A stretch of 64,000 nucleotides of DNA, from positions 85,173 through 149,172 of the forward strand of contig CAWATV010000009.1 in the NCBI GenBank assembly GCA_963785135.1, written 5' to 3'. Position 1 is the first letter of the stretch. The number at the start of each line of letters is the position of its first letter. Origin of the DNA: an uncultured Actinomycetota bacterium (GTDB taxonomy: Bacteria; Actinomycetota; Actinomycetes; Mycobacteriales; Pseudonocardiaceae). Below the pieces are notes generated by a model that worked only from the letters and a program-made list of their open reading frames with translations, did not search any database and was not told the DNA's origin. Positions 29,110 through 37,730 of this stretch are shown piece by piece. Made by a program: the position numbers and the translations under genes.

Positions 29110-29770
29110 GCGCCCCACCCGCCGCCGCCTCGACCAGCCCGCGGACAACCGCCGCATGCCCTCGCTCGGCGTCGACGCCGAGTGGTTCGCCAAGGTCGCC
29201 GAGCGCCTCGCGCGGTTCCTGGGCACCGGCACGTTCCTGCTGTGGCAGTCGGTCATCGTGTTCATCTGGATCACGCTGAACGTCTTCGCGATCAGCCTGC
29301 AGTGGGATCCCTACCCGTTCATCCTGCTCAACCTGGCCTTCTCGACCCAGGCCGCCTACGCCGCGCCGCTGATCCTGCTCGCCCAGAACCGGCAGGACGA
29401 CCGCGACCGCATCTCCCTGGAGGAGGACCGCACCCGCGCCGCGCGCGTCAGCGCCGAGACCGAGTACCTCGCCCGCGAGCTGGCCTCGATGCGCCTGACC
29501 CTCGGCGAGGTCGTGACCCGCGACTTCCTGCGCAGCGAGCTCGAGGGCGCCCGCGGCGGGGGCCGGACCGACCGCGCGACCGACAAGGCGCTCGACAGGG
29601 CCGTCGGCAAGGCGGTCGACCGGGCCGTGGACCGGGCGATGGACCGCGCCGTCGACCGGGCCCTCGAACGGGGCATCGAGCGCGGCGTCGCCCGGGCCGT
29701 GGAGGCGGCGCTCGCCCGGGTCGGTGACGGTCCCGGGGCGGGCGACGCGCCCCACATCAGCGGGCTCTGA
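29102..29770 (+). CDS. DUF1003 membrane protein with a tetrapeptide-repeat tail
   Basis: WDPYPFILLNLAFSTQAAYAAPLILLAQNRQDDRDR. Confidence 0.9.
   Translation: MAERPTRRRLDQPADNRRMPSLGVDAEWFAKVAERLARFLGTGTFLLWQSVIVFIWITLNVFAISLQWDPYPFILLNLAFSTQAAYAAPLILLAQNRQDDRDRISLEEDRTRAARVSAETEYLARELASMRLTLGEVVTRDFLRSELEGARGGGRTDRATDKALDRAVGKAVDRAVDRAMDRAVDRALERGIERGVARAVEAALARVGDGPGAGDAPHISGL
29570..29713 (+). repeat. Twelve degenerate 12-bp units encoding DRAV-like tetrapeptides
   Basis: DRAT DKAL DRAV GKAV DRAV DRAM DRAV DRAL ERGI ERGV ARAV EAAL. Confidence 0.8.
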
Positions 29771-29923
29771 GGCCTCCGGCGCGGCGGTCGCGCGGAACCG
29801 CCACGTACCATGGCGGACGAGCCGACGGGGATTTCACGGGCCCCGTTCCCGGTCCCGGCGAGGGATTCGCCCCGGGACCGACGACAGCCCCGCGAAGCCG
29901 ACGAGTAGTTGAAGAAGGGTCCG

Positions 29924-31069
29924 ATGGCCGCAGCACCGTCCGTCGACGCGATCCGGGCCGCCCTGGCCGGCGTCGAGGATCCCGAGATCCACCGTCCGAT
30001 CACCGAGCTGGGCATGGTCAAGGACATCAACGTCCTCGACCACGGCAAGGTCGAGGTGGCGATCTACCTGACCGTCGCCGGTTGCCCGATGAAGGAGACC
30101 ATCACCTCGCGGGTGACCACGGCGGTCTCGGCCGTCTCCGGGGTCACCGCGGTCTCGGTGGATCTCGACGTCATGGACGACGAGCAGCGCCGCGAGCTGC
30201 GCAGGACCGTCAAGGGCGACGCCGACGAGCCGGTGATCCCGTTCGCCCAGCCCGGCTCGCTGACCCGTGTCTACGCGGTGGCGTCCGGCAAGGGCGGGGT
30301 CGGCAAGTCGTCGGTGACGGTCAACCTGGCCGCGGCCATGGCCGACCGCGGCCTGTCGGTGGGCGTCGTCGACGCCGACATCTACGGGCACTCGGTGCCG
30401 CGCATGCTCGGCACCGACGCCCGCCCGACCAAGGTCGGCGAGATGATCATGCCGCCGCAGAGCCACAACGTGAAGCTGATCTCGATCGGCATGTTCACCC
30501 CCGGCAACACCCCGGTGGTCTGGCGCGGCCCGATGCTCCACCGCGCCCTGCAGCAGTTCCTCGCCGACGTGTTCTGGGGCGACCTGGACATCCTGCTGCT
30601 CGACCTGCCCCCGGGCACCGGCGACATCGCCATCTCGGTGGCCCAGCTGATCCCGAACGCCGAGCTGCTCGTCGTCACGACGCCCCAGCAGGCGGCCGCC
30701 GAGGTGGCCGAGCGCGCGGGCGCGATCTCGCTGCAGACGCGCCAGCGCCTGGCCGGCGTCATCGAGAACATGTCCTGGATGGACATGCCCGACGGCTCGC
30801 GCATGGACCTCTTCGGCTCCGGCGGCGGCCAGGTCGTGGCCGACTCGCTGACGCAGTCGGTGGGTGCGCCCGTGCCGCTGCTCGGTCAGATCCCGATCGA
30901 CACCCGCCTGCGCGAGGGCGGTGACGCCGGCGTCCCGCTGGTGCTCACCCAGCCCGAGTCGCCGGCCGGCGCGGAGCTGCGCGCCATCGCCGAGAAGCTG
31001 ACCGTGCGCTCCCGCGGCCTCGCGGGCATGTCGCTGAACATCAGCCCGGCGGGTGCCTCCGGCAGGTGA
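29924..31069 (+). CDS. mrp: Mrp/ApbC/NBP35 Fe-S cluster carrier ATPase
   Basis: N-terminal VEDPEIHRPITELGMV, LTVAGCP, ASGKGGVGKS, DADIYG, VVWRGPM, DLPPGTGD. Confidence 0.95.
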   Translation: MAAAPSVDAIRAALAGVEDPEIHRPITELGMVKDINVLDHGKVEVAIYLTVAGCPMKETITSRVTTAVSAVSGVTAVSVDLDVMDDEQRRELRRTVKGDADEPVIPFAQPGSLTRVYAVASGKGGVGKSSVTVNLAAAMADRGLSVGVVDADIYGHSVPRMLGTDARPTKVGEMIMPPQSHNVKLISIGMFTPGNTPVVWRGPMLHRALQQFLADVFWGDLDILLLDLPPGTGDIAISVAQLIPNAELLVVTTPQQAAAEVAERAGAISLQTRQRLAGVIENMSWMDMPDGSRMDLFGSGGGQVVADSLTQSVGAPVPLLGQIPIDTRLREGGDAGVPLVLTQPESPAGAELRAIAEKLTVRSRGLAGMSLNISPAGASGR

Positions 31070-31108
31070 GCAGAAAGAAGTGCTGTAGCACTTCTTTCTG
31101 CTCACCTG
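31063..31108. repeat. Perfect 22-bp inverted repeat with 2-nt spacer between convergent genes
   Basis: CAGGTGAGCAGAAAGAAGTGCT-GT-AGCACTTCTTTCTGCTCACCTG; the left arm contains the mrp stop codon. Confidence 0.9.
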
Positions 31109-31112
31109 GCCG

Positions 31113-31994
31113 TCAGGCCACCTGGAACGAGCGCCGCGACAGGCCCCACATGTGGCCGTCGATCGCGGTGTGCACCGGGGCCTCGGGGTCGCTCGCCGCG
31201 CCGAGGGTGACGAACAGCGGCACGAAGTGCTCCGCGGTCGGGTGCGCGTAGGGCATGCCCGGGGCCTCACGGAAGCGGTGCAGGGTCTCGACGTCGACCG
31301 TCCCGCCGTCGCCGAGCGCCTCCGACGCCCAGGCGTCGAAGTCGACCGTCCAGCCGGGGGTCGACGTCCCGGAGAGCATCTCCTGGGTCAGGTGGGGCAG
31401 TCCGTGGGTCATGAACCCGGAGCCGACGACCAGCACGCCCTCGCTGCGCAGCGCACGGAGCCGGACGCCGATGGCCTGGAGGCGGTCGGGGTCCTCGGTG
31501 GGCATGCTCATCTGCAGCACCGGGATGTCGCCCAGCGGATACATGATCTTGAGCGGGACCCAGGCGCCGTGGTCCAGGCCCCGCGCGGAGGTGTGCGCCG
31601 GCACCCCTTCGGGCAGCACCGCCGACACCCGCGCGGCGAGGTCGGACGCGTCCGGGGTCGCGTAGGTCATCCGGTAGAACCGCTCCGCGAAGCCGCCGAA
31701 GTCGTAGACCAGGGGTGCGCCCGCCACCGGGCTGGACAGGGTCAGCGGTGCGGACTCCCAGTGCGCCGAGACGATGAGGATGGCCCGCGGCGTGGGCAGG
31801 CGGTCGGCCCACGCCCCGAGGTCGCGCATCCAGCCCGCGTCGTCGAAGAGCGGCGGCGCGCCGTGGCTGAGGTAGAGCGCCGGCATCGGACCGTCCTCCG
31901 GGCGCCACGGGGTGCGCAGGGCGGCGCGCTCGCGCGCGCCGGGCAGGAAGGCGTCGAACGCCGCGCCGGGCGTGGCGGTGGCGAACGGGTCCAT
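31113..31994 (-). CDS. DODA/LigB-type class III extradiol dioxygenase
   Basis: LYLSHGAPP, IVSAHWE, RGLDHGAWVPL, GSGFMTHGL, AHPTAEHFVPL. Confidence 0.92.
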   Translation of the reverse strand: MDPFATATPGAAFDAFLPGARERAALRTPWRPEDGPMPALYLSHGAPPLFDDAGWMRDLGAWADRLPTPRAILIVSAHWESAPLTLSSPVAGAPLVYDFGGFAERFYRMTYATPDASDLAARVSAVLPEGVPAHTSARGLDHGAWVPLKIMYPLGDIPVLQMSMPTEDPDRLQAIGVRLRALRSEGVLVVGSGFMTHGLPHLTQEMLSGTSTPGWTVDFDAWASEALGDGGTVDVETLHRFREAPGMPYAHPTAEHFVPLFVTLGAASDPEAPVHTAIDGHMWGLSRRSFQVA

Positions 31995-32008
31995 GGCGAC
32001 CTCACTCA

Positions 32009-32059
32009 AGTTGACGATTCAACTCACCACGGTACTCCCATAGAGTTGAAGCATCAAGT
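32009..32059. promoter_or_regulatory. Two 16-bp palindromic MarR-type operator candidates (TTGA-N4-TCAA core)
   Basis: AGTTGACGATTCAACT (32009-32024) and AGTTGAAGCATCAAGT (32044-32059) in the divergent spacer. Confidence 0.65.
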
Positions 32060-32062
32060 AAT

Positions 32063-32575
32063 ATGGAGCCCATGGAATCCGCGTGCCCCGAGGAACCGTG
32101 GCTGGACGCCGACGAACAGCGCGCGTGGCGGCGGACGGCGGCGGTGATGACCCTCCTGCCGGCGGCCCTCGACGCGCAACTGCAGCGCGAGGCCGGGCTG
32201 ACGCAGTTCTCCTACCTGACGATGGCGATGCTCTCGGAGACCCCGGGCCGGAGCGTTCCCATGAGCACCCTGGCGGCGATGGTCAGCTCGTCGCTCTCGC
32301 GGCTCTCCCACGTCGTCGCACGCCTCGAGGCGCAGGGCTGGGTGGTGCGCGAGCCGTCCCCGGAGAGCGGGCGGGTCACCGTCGCGCGGCTGACCGACGC
32401 GGGGATGGCCAAGGTCGAGGACTCGGCCCGCGGTCACGCCGCCGAGGTGCGCCGTCTGATCTTCGACGCCCTGGACGACGACGGTGTGGCCGCGCTGGCC
32501 TGCGTCACCGCGGCGATCCTCCAGCGGCTCGACCCGTCGGGAGGGCTGCGGGCGAACCCCCTATCGGCGTACTGA
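32063..32575 (+). CDS. MarR family regulator
   Basis: WLDADEQRAW, LDAQLQREAGLT, SSLSRLSHVVARLEAQGWV, ARLTDAG; alternative ATG at 32072. Confidence 0.92.
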   Translation: MEPMESACPEEPWLDADEQRAWRRTAAVMTLLPAALDAQLQREAGLTQFSYLTMAMLSETPGRSVPMSTLAAMVSSSLSRLSHVVARLEAQGWVVREPSPESGRVTVARLTDAGMAKVEDSARGHAAEVRRLIFDALDDDGVAALACVTAAILQRLDPSGGLRANPLSAY

Positions 32576-33343
32576 TCGTGGTGCGGGAGCGGGAGCCTCG
32601 ACCCGCCACGAGCTGATGCCGGCGGGCACGCCCTTGGCCGGGCCGTACGGGATGCGACTCAGGCGCGCCTGGTCCCCGAGACGGGCCCGGGCCGGGCTCG
32701 AGACGCACACCTCACCGGCCCCGGCCGCGTCGGTGATCCGGGCGGCGATGTTGACGTCGCGGCCGTAGTAGTCGCCGCCGAGCCGCTGCGGACGCCCCAG
32801 GTGCACGCCGGCCCGGAGGTGCAGCCGGTGCCCGTCGAGGTCGAGCTCCTCGACCGCGTCCCGCGCGGCGAGGGCGGCCACCACGGCGTCGTCGACTCCC
32901 GGGAACACCGCCATCAGCCCGTCGCCGAGGCGCTTCACGATCCGTCCGCGCTGCGCGACCACGGGTTCGACCACGGTGCCGATCCGCCGCAGGGCCGCGA
33001 CGGCGGCGTCATCGCCGACCCGCAGCGTCCAGTCCGAGAAGCCGGCCAGGTCGGTGAACAGGACCGCCACCTCCTGCTCCCCCGCCGCGTCGTCCACGCC
33101 GGCGTGGGCCTGGAAGACCTGCAGGGCGGTGAGCCCGACCTCGCGCAGCACGCTGGGCCGGGTCGCGGCGAGCGACGAGAGCTGGGCCGCGAGCCGCCCC
33201 ACCGAGTCGCCCGCGGCTGACAGCGGGTCGCCGAACGCCGCATCGCCCGGTAGCCGGGAGCGCGCCCACTCGATCGCCGCGAGGAGCCGGGGATCGCTGT
33301 CGAGGCGGTGCGCCGCGACGGCCACGCGTCGACGGACGGGCAT
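32561..33343 (-). CDS. Class III adenylate cyclase (Rv1647-like)
   Basis: VLFTDLAGFS, VKRLGDGLM, LRAGVH, DYYGRDVNIAAR: both metal Asp, the ATP-specifying Lys/Asp and the Asn/Arg pair are present. Confidence 0.9.
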   Translation of the reverse strand: MPVRRRVAVAAHRLDSDPRLLAAIEWARSRLPGDAAFGDPLSAAGDSVGRLAAQLSSLAATRPSVLREVGLTALQVFQAHAGVDDAAGEQEVAVLFTDLAGFSDWTLRVGDDAAVAALRRIGTVVEPVVAQRGRIVKRLGDGLMAVFPGVDDAVVAALAARDAVEELDLDGHRLHLRAGVHLGRPQRLGGDYYGRDVNIAARITDAAGAGEVCVSSPARARLGDQARLSRIPYGPAKGVPAGISSWRVEAPAPAPRSVRR

Positions 33344-33371
33344 CTCCTCCACCTCTCCCTGTTCCGACAGT

Positions 33372-33390
33372 CTGTTACCGAAGGTAACAG
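33372..33390. promoter_or_regulatory. AT-rich 8-bp inverted repeat (CTGTTACC-GAA-GGTAACAG), operator candidate
   Basis: About 30 nt upstream of the cyclase start, in the divergent cyclase/VOC spacer. Confidence 0.45.
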
Positions 33391-33514
33391 TCATTTCCCC
33401 GCCACCGCCGCGCCGACCCCTCCCGTGAGCGACGCCACGGCCGGGCCCCCGGCACCGATGGGCAGTACGTTCACGATCTCCGGCTGATCCGCACCCGAGG
33501 ACAGGAGCACGACC

Positions 33515-33961
33515 ATGGACTGGACCCTCGAGGTCGTCGTCCTCCCGGTCGGCGACATCGCTCGCTCGATCGCCTTCTACCGCGACCAGGTGGGCTTCGA
33601 CCTCGACCACGAGACCGTCACCGACCAGATGCACGTGACGCAGCTGACGCCGCGTGGGTCCGGCTGCTCGATCGTGTTCGGCGACCTGCCGCCGCAGCGT
33701 GAGATGGCCCCGGGATCGATGAAGGGACTCCAGCTGTGCGTCGCGGATGCGGCCGCCGCGCGGGAGGAGCTGGTCTCCCGGGGTGTCGAGTGCAGCGAGC
33801 TCATGTCGTTCGGCGACCAGGACGGCGCCACGTTCTTCGGCTTCGCCGACCCCGACGGCAACACCTGGGCGGTCCAGGAGCTGCGGGTCCGCGGGGAGAA
33901 GCCGCTGATCCCGGTGGAGGCGCGCGGCCGTTTCGGCGCCGACATGACGCTGGACGGGTAG
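33515..33961 (+). CDS. VOC/glyoxalase family protein
   Basis: MDWTLEVVVLPVGDIARSIAFY, QLTPRGSGCSI, FADPDGNTWAVQE. Confidence 0.9.
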   Translation: MDWTLEVVVLPVGDIARSIAFYRDQVGFDLDHETVTDQMHVTQLTPRGSGCSIVFGDLPPQREMAPGSMKGLQLCVADAAAAREELVSRGVECSELMSFGDQDGATFFGFADPDGNTWAVQELRVRGEKPLIPVEARGRFGADMTLDG

Positions 33962-33968
33962 CTCGGTC

Positions 33969-34436
33969 CTAGGTCGCGTCGGGGTCGAGGGGAGCGATCT
34001 CGCCGGGCGCGAGGGGCGTGGCCCGGTCCGAGCGGCCCTTGAGTCCCGCGCCCGCACCCTGGGCCGGAACACCCCGGGCCGGGTCGGGCGACGGCGCGCT
34101 CCCCCCGCCCGGAGTGGCGGGGTCGGACGTCGCGGGGGTCGCGGCGCCGCTCCAGGTGCCGTCGGCGGGCGGATCGGCGAGCAGGTGCTGGCGCACCGCG
34201 CGGCGCGGGTCGAGGTCGCGGACCGACCGCAGGTCCTCGAGCGGCTTGCGGAGCTCGTCGAGCTCCGGGCCGAGCTCGGAGCGCAGCTGGTCGCGGGCGC
34301 CGACGGCGTAGTCGCGGACCGTGCGCACGGTGCTCGCCACCCACGCCGCGGCGGCGGGCAGGCGCTCGGGTCCGAGGACGAACAGGCCGACCATCGCGAT
34401 CACGAGGAGCTCGGGCCAGCCGATGTTCTCGAACAT
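33969..34436 (-). CDS. tatB: Twin-arginine translocase subunit TatB
   Basis: [28 protein letters not shown]-terminal PLDPDAT; downstream of htrA. Confidence 0.93.
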   Translation of the reverse strand: MFENIGWPELLVIAMVGLFVLGPERLPAAAAWVASTVRTVRDYAVGARDQLRSELGPELDELRKPLEDLRSVRDLDPRRAVRQHLLADPPADGTWSGAATPATSDPATPGGGSAPSPDPARGVPAQGAGAGLKGRSDRATPLAPGEIAPLDPDAT

Positions 34437-34445
34437 CCTCGCCTC

Positions 34446-36101
34446 CTAGAGGGTCGCCTGGAGGGTCAGGGGACGACCCTGCCGCACCACGCCGAGGGTG
34501 ATCGACGAGCCGACCGGGTGCTCGCGGACGGCGACCACGAGCTCGTCGGCCGAGGCGATCGGGCGGTCGTCCACGCGCAGGACCACGTCGCCCTCCAGGA
34601 GCCCGGCCCGCGAGGCCGGCCCGCCCTGGCGCACGTTGAGCACCTGCGCGCCGTCCGACGTACCGTCGGTCACCGACTTCGCGTTCACGCCGAGGTCGCT
34701 GTGGACGTAGGTCCCGGTCCTGATGATCGATTCGGCGATGGTCCGGGCGTCGTCGATGGGGATGGCGAAGCCGAGGCCGATCGAGCCGCCCTCGCCGCCG
34801 CCGAGGGTGCGGATGGCGGTGTTGATGCCGACCACCGCGCCGGTGGTGTCGACCAGCGCGCCCCCGGAGTTGCCCGGGTTGATCGCGGCGTCGGTCTGGA
34901 TGGCGTCGATCACGGGGTTGGCGTCGCTGGTCTCGGCGTCGAGGCGCACCGGGCGTTTCACCGAGCTGATGATCCCCTGGGTCACCGTGCCGGCGAGCCC
35001 GAGCGGCGAGCCGATGGCGATGACACCGTCGCCGACCTGGAGGTCGGACGAGCGCCCGAGCTGGGCGACGACGGGGTTGGCGAGCTCGACCTTGACCACG
35101 GCGATGTCGGTCTGCGGGTCGCGACCGACGACGCGCGCCGGGGCGCGCACCCCCGAGGCGAAGACGGCCTCGAGGGTGGCCCGCGGGTCGGTGGCGGCCA
35201 GCGAGACGACGTGGTTGTTGGTGACGATGTGGCCGTCCGGATCGACGACGACCCCGGAGCCGGTCCCGCCGCTGCTGCCCGACCGGATCTCCAGCGACAC
35301 GACGGCCGGGACGACGCGGCCCGCGACGTCCGCGACCGAGCCGGGTGGGCGCTCACGACCGGGCTCGACCTGGGCGAGGCTGGCCCCCGGGTCGACGAGG
35401 TCGTCGGCGCCGCCGGCCACCGCGTAGCCCGCCACGCCACCCACCGCGCCGACGAGCAGGGCGACCACGGCGAGCAGGGCCAGCGCGGTGGGCTGCACGC
35501 GGCGGCCGAGCACCAGTTCACGCGCCGACAGCCGCGGTCCGGGGGTGGTGCCGGCGCGGGCGGTCGACGACTCGCCCAGCGCGGGTCCGCCGAGATCGGC
35601 GGCGGCGTCGGGATCGCGCCAGGGGTCGCGGCCGGCGGCCTCGCCGGACCAGAACGGCGGCTCGTCCCCGTCCGGGGCGTCGGCGGGGCGGGCGGGGCGC
35701 TGCAGGGAGTCGCCCCCGGCGCCGGGGCGCCCGAACGCCGAGACCAGCGCCGGGGCGGGGGTCTCCGCCCGGCCGGACCGGGCGGCCGGCGGCGACGGTC
35801 CGCGCGAGGCGAAGGCGCCGGAGACTCCCGAGGGGCGGCCGAACACGGGGTCTCCCGAGGCGGCGGCCCCGTGCGCCTGACCGTTCCCGCCGAGCCCGTT
35901 GCCGCCCTGCCCGTTGCCGCCCTGCCCGTTGCCGGCGTGCCCGTTGCGGCCGTAGCCGTTCCCGTTGTGGCCGTTGCCGGTGGGGTCGTGCGTGTCGTGG
36001 CCGTTCGTGGCGCCGGAGTCGTCGTCCCGCCGGCCCCCGTCCGGGACGGGTGGGTCGGAGGTCTCGCGGTCGCCCGGCGGGCGGGCCCAGGGATCGGTCA
36101 T
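34446..36101 (-). CDS. htrA: Membrane-anchored S1C serine protease with PDZ domain
   Basis: TM segment, VTNNHV, TDIAV, IQTDAAINPGNSGGALV, PDZ domain. Confidence 0.93.
   Translation of the reverse strand: MTDPWARPPGDRETSDPPVPDGGRRDDDSGATNGHDTHDPTGNGHNGNGYGRNGHAGNGQGGNGQGGNGLGGNGQAHGAAASGDPVFGRPSGVSGAFASRGPSPPAARSGRAETPAPALVSAFGRPGAGGDSLQRPARPADAPDGDEPPFWSGEAAGRDPWRDPDAAADLGGPALGESSTARAGTTPGPRLSARELVLGRRVQPTALALLAVVALLVGAVGGVAGYAVAGGADDLVDPGASLAQVEPGRERPPGSVADVAGRVVPAVVSLEIRSGSSGGTGSGVVVDPDGHIVTNNHVVSLAATDPRATLEAVFASGVRAPARVVGRDPQTDIAVVKVELANPVVAQLGRSSDLQVGDGVIAIGSPLGLAGTVTQGIISSVKRPVRLDAETSDANPVIDAIQTDAAINPGNSGGALVDTTGAVVGINTAIRTLGGGEGGSIGLGFAIPIDDARTIAESIIRTGTYVHSDLGVNAKSVTDGTSDGAQVLNVRQGGPASRAGLLEGDVVLRVDDRPIASADELVVAVREHPVGSSITLGVVRQGRPLTLQATL
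35881..35985 (-). repeat. Seven 15-bp tandem units encoding xxGNG-like pentapeptides in the HtrA cytoplasmic N-terminus
   Basis: PTGNG HNGNG YGRNG HAGNG QGGNG QGGNG LGGNG. Confidence 0.8.
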
Positions 36102-36206
36102 CGCGGATCCACCGTAGAGCCTCGGTGCGCCGCGTGTGTCGACACCGTCGCAGCCTGCGGGCGCGCCGGTGAAACGGCGGTCAGGGGGCGACGATCACGT
36201 GGGGCG

Positions 36207-36821
36207 TCATGGCCCGCCGGGCCCCGACGGCCCGGGCGGGGTCGCGTCCCGGCGCAGCGCGAGGTCGGCGGCCGTCTCCGTCGGAACCACCCCGGTCGAC
36301 GGGGGGCCGACGGCGGTGCTGCGCGGGGCCGGGACGGAGGTGTGGGCCCCGACGCCGGCGGCCGACCCCGCCAGTGCGGCGAGGGCCGCGGCACCCACCA
36401 CGACGCCGGAGCCGACCATGACGGGCAGTCCCGGACGGCGGCGCGACCGGCGGGATGGCGGGTCGGCGACGCCGTCGGCGGTCAGGCCGGCCGGGGCCTT
36501 GGTGGCGTCCGTGGCGGCGGTGGCCTCGGTGGCCTCGGTGGCGCCGGGGATGGCGCGCAGCGCCGCGAGCAGCGTGGTCGGCACCGAGGGCGGGCCCGCG
36601 GCGCGGACCCGACGGCGCGCCTGGCGCTGGGCGGCGACCTCGCCGGCACAGCTCAGGCAGCGGTCGACATGCGCGGCGGCCCGGCTCGCCGGCCCGGCCG
36701 GGAGCTCACCGTCGACGAAGGCGACCACGGCGTCCAGGGAGAGGTGCCCGCCCGGCAGCGCGTCGGACATCGACCCGATCCACCGTGACCAGCTCGAGTC
36801 GCCGGTGCGACCAGTGATCAC
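36207..36821 (-). CDS. rseA: Zinc-binding anti-sigma factor (RseA-like)
   Basis: [18 protein letters not shown] motif [10 protein letters not shown] segment; GTG overlaps the sigE stop; 9-bp tandem units at 36501-36545. Confidence 0.85.
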   Translation of the reverse strand: MITGRTGDSSWSRWIGSMSDALPGGHLSLDAVVAFVDGELPAGPASRAAAHVDRCLSCAGEVAAQRQARRRVRAAGPPSVPTTLLAALRAIPGATEATEATAATDATKAPAGLTADGVADPPSRRSRRRPGLPVMVGSGVVVGAAALAALAGSAAGVGAHTSVPAPRSTAVGPPSTGVVPTETAADLALRRDATPPGPSGPGGP

Positions 36822-37492
36822 TGGGGGCTCCCGGCGACGGAGCGCGACGGAGCCCGCCCGCCGTGGTCGGCGGTCACGCGGCCGGGCGCGGTCTCGAGGG
36901 CGGCGCGCAGGGCCTGGCGCCCGCGGTGGATGCGGCTTCGCACGGTTCCCAGTTTGACACCCAACGTGGCCGCGATCTCCTCGTAGGAGAGTCCTTCCAC
37001 GTCACACAGCACGACAGCGGCGCGGAACTCGGGCGCGAGGGCGTCGAGCGCACCCTGCAGATCGGGGTCGAGGTGGGCCTCGGAGAACACCTGCTCGGGA
37101 TCCGGGCCGCCGCCGGGGAGCCGGTCGGTGTCCTCGGGCAGGCCCTCCATCCGCAGGCGCCCGCGGCGGCGCACCATGTCGAGGAACAGGTTCGTCGTGA
37201 TGCGGTGCAGCCAGCCCTCGAACGTCCCCGGGGTGAAACGGGAGAGCGAGCGGAACACCCGGATGAAGGTCTCCTGCGTGAGGTCCTCGGCGTCGTGGGC
37301 ATCGCCGGTCAGACGGAAGGCGAGGCGGTAGACGCGGTCGGCGTGCTGGCGCACGACGTCGTCCCACGTCGGGGGCACCCAGTCGGCCTCGCCGGCGTCT
37401 CCGACCGTGGGGTGCCCGGCGGCCGCGGCGTCCCCGGTGGGGTCCACGGTCGCAGGCTCGCGGTCGAGCACGGCGGCGACACGGTCGGTCAT
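36818..37492 (-). CDS. sigE: ECF RNA polymerase sigma factor SigE
   Basis: [64 protein letters not shown]. Confidence 0.95.
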   Translation of the reverse strand: MTDRVAAVLDREPATVDPTGDAAAAGHPTVGDAGEADWVPPTWDDVVRQHADRVYRLAFRLTGDAHDAEDLTQETFIRVFRSLSRFTPGTFEGWLHRITTNLFLDMVRRRGRLRMEGLPEDTDRLPGGGPDPEQVFSEAHLDPDLQGALDALAPEFRAAVVLCDVEGLSYEEIAATLGVKLGTVRSRIHRGRQALRAALETAPGRVTADHGGRAPSRSVAGSPQ

Positions 37493-37593
37493 GGGGATGC
37501 GGGCTCCTCGTCGGGGGTCGGGCTCCTCGGTGACCGGCGACGATGTCGTCTCCGGGGCACCCCCACAGAGTCCACCGCGGGCATGACACCGCC

Positions 37594-37621
37594 GTGAGCA
37601 GCGACTGAGAGCCCGCTGAGG
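37594..37621 (-). promoter_or_regulatory. MprA-box-like tandem hexamers upstream of sigE
   Basis: Minus strand CCTCAG-N5-TCTCAG-N5-GCTCAC, matching the mycobacterial TCTCAG-N5-TCTCAG box. Confidence 0.6.
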
Positions 37622-37730
37622 ATCGGTGGGCGGAGGGGTGCCGCGGCGGCGACCCGCCCGGACCCGGACGGGGTCGGACGGTCCGGCGCGGCACGCCGTC
37701 GGGGCGCGCCGGGCGATCTAACCTGCCCCG

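Noticed and set aside
29850-29880. Hairpin upstream of mrp as a regulatory RNA
   Set aside because: A 9-bp GC stem is equally explained as a terminator of the mgtE-N/DUF1003 pair or as chance at this GC content
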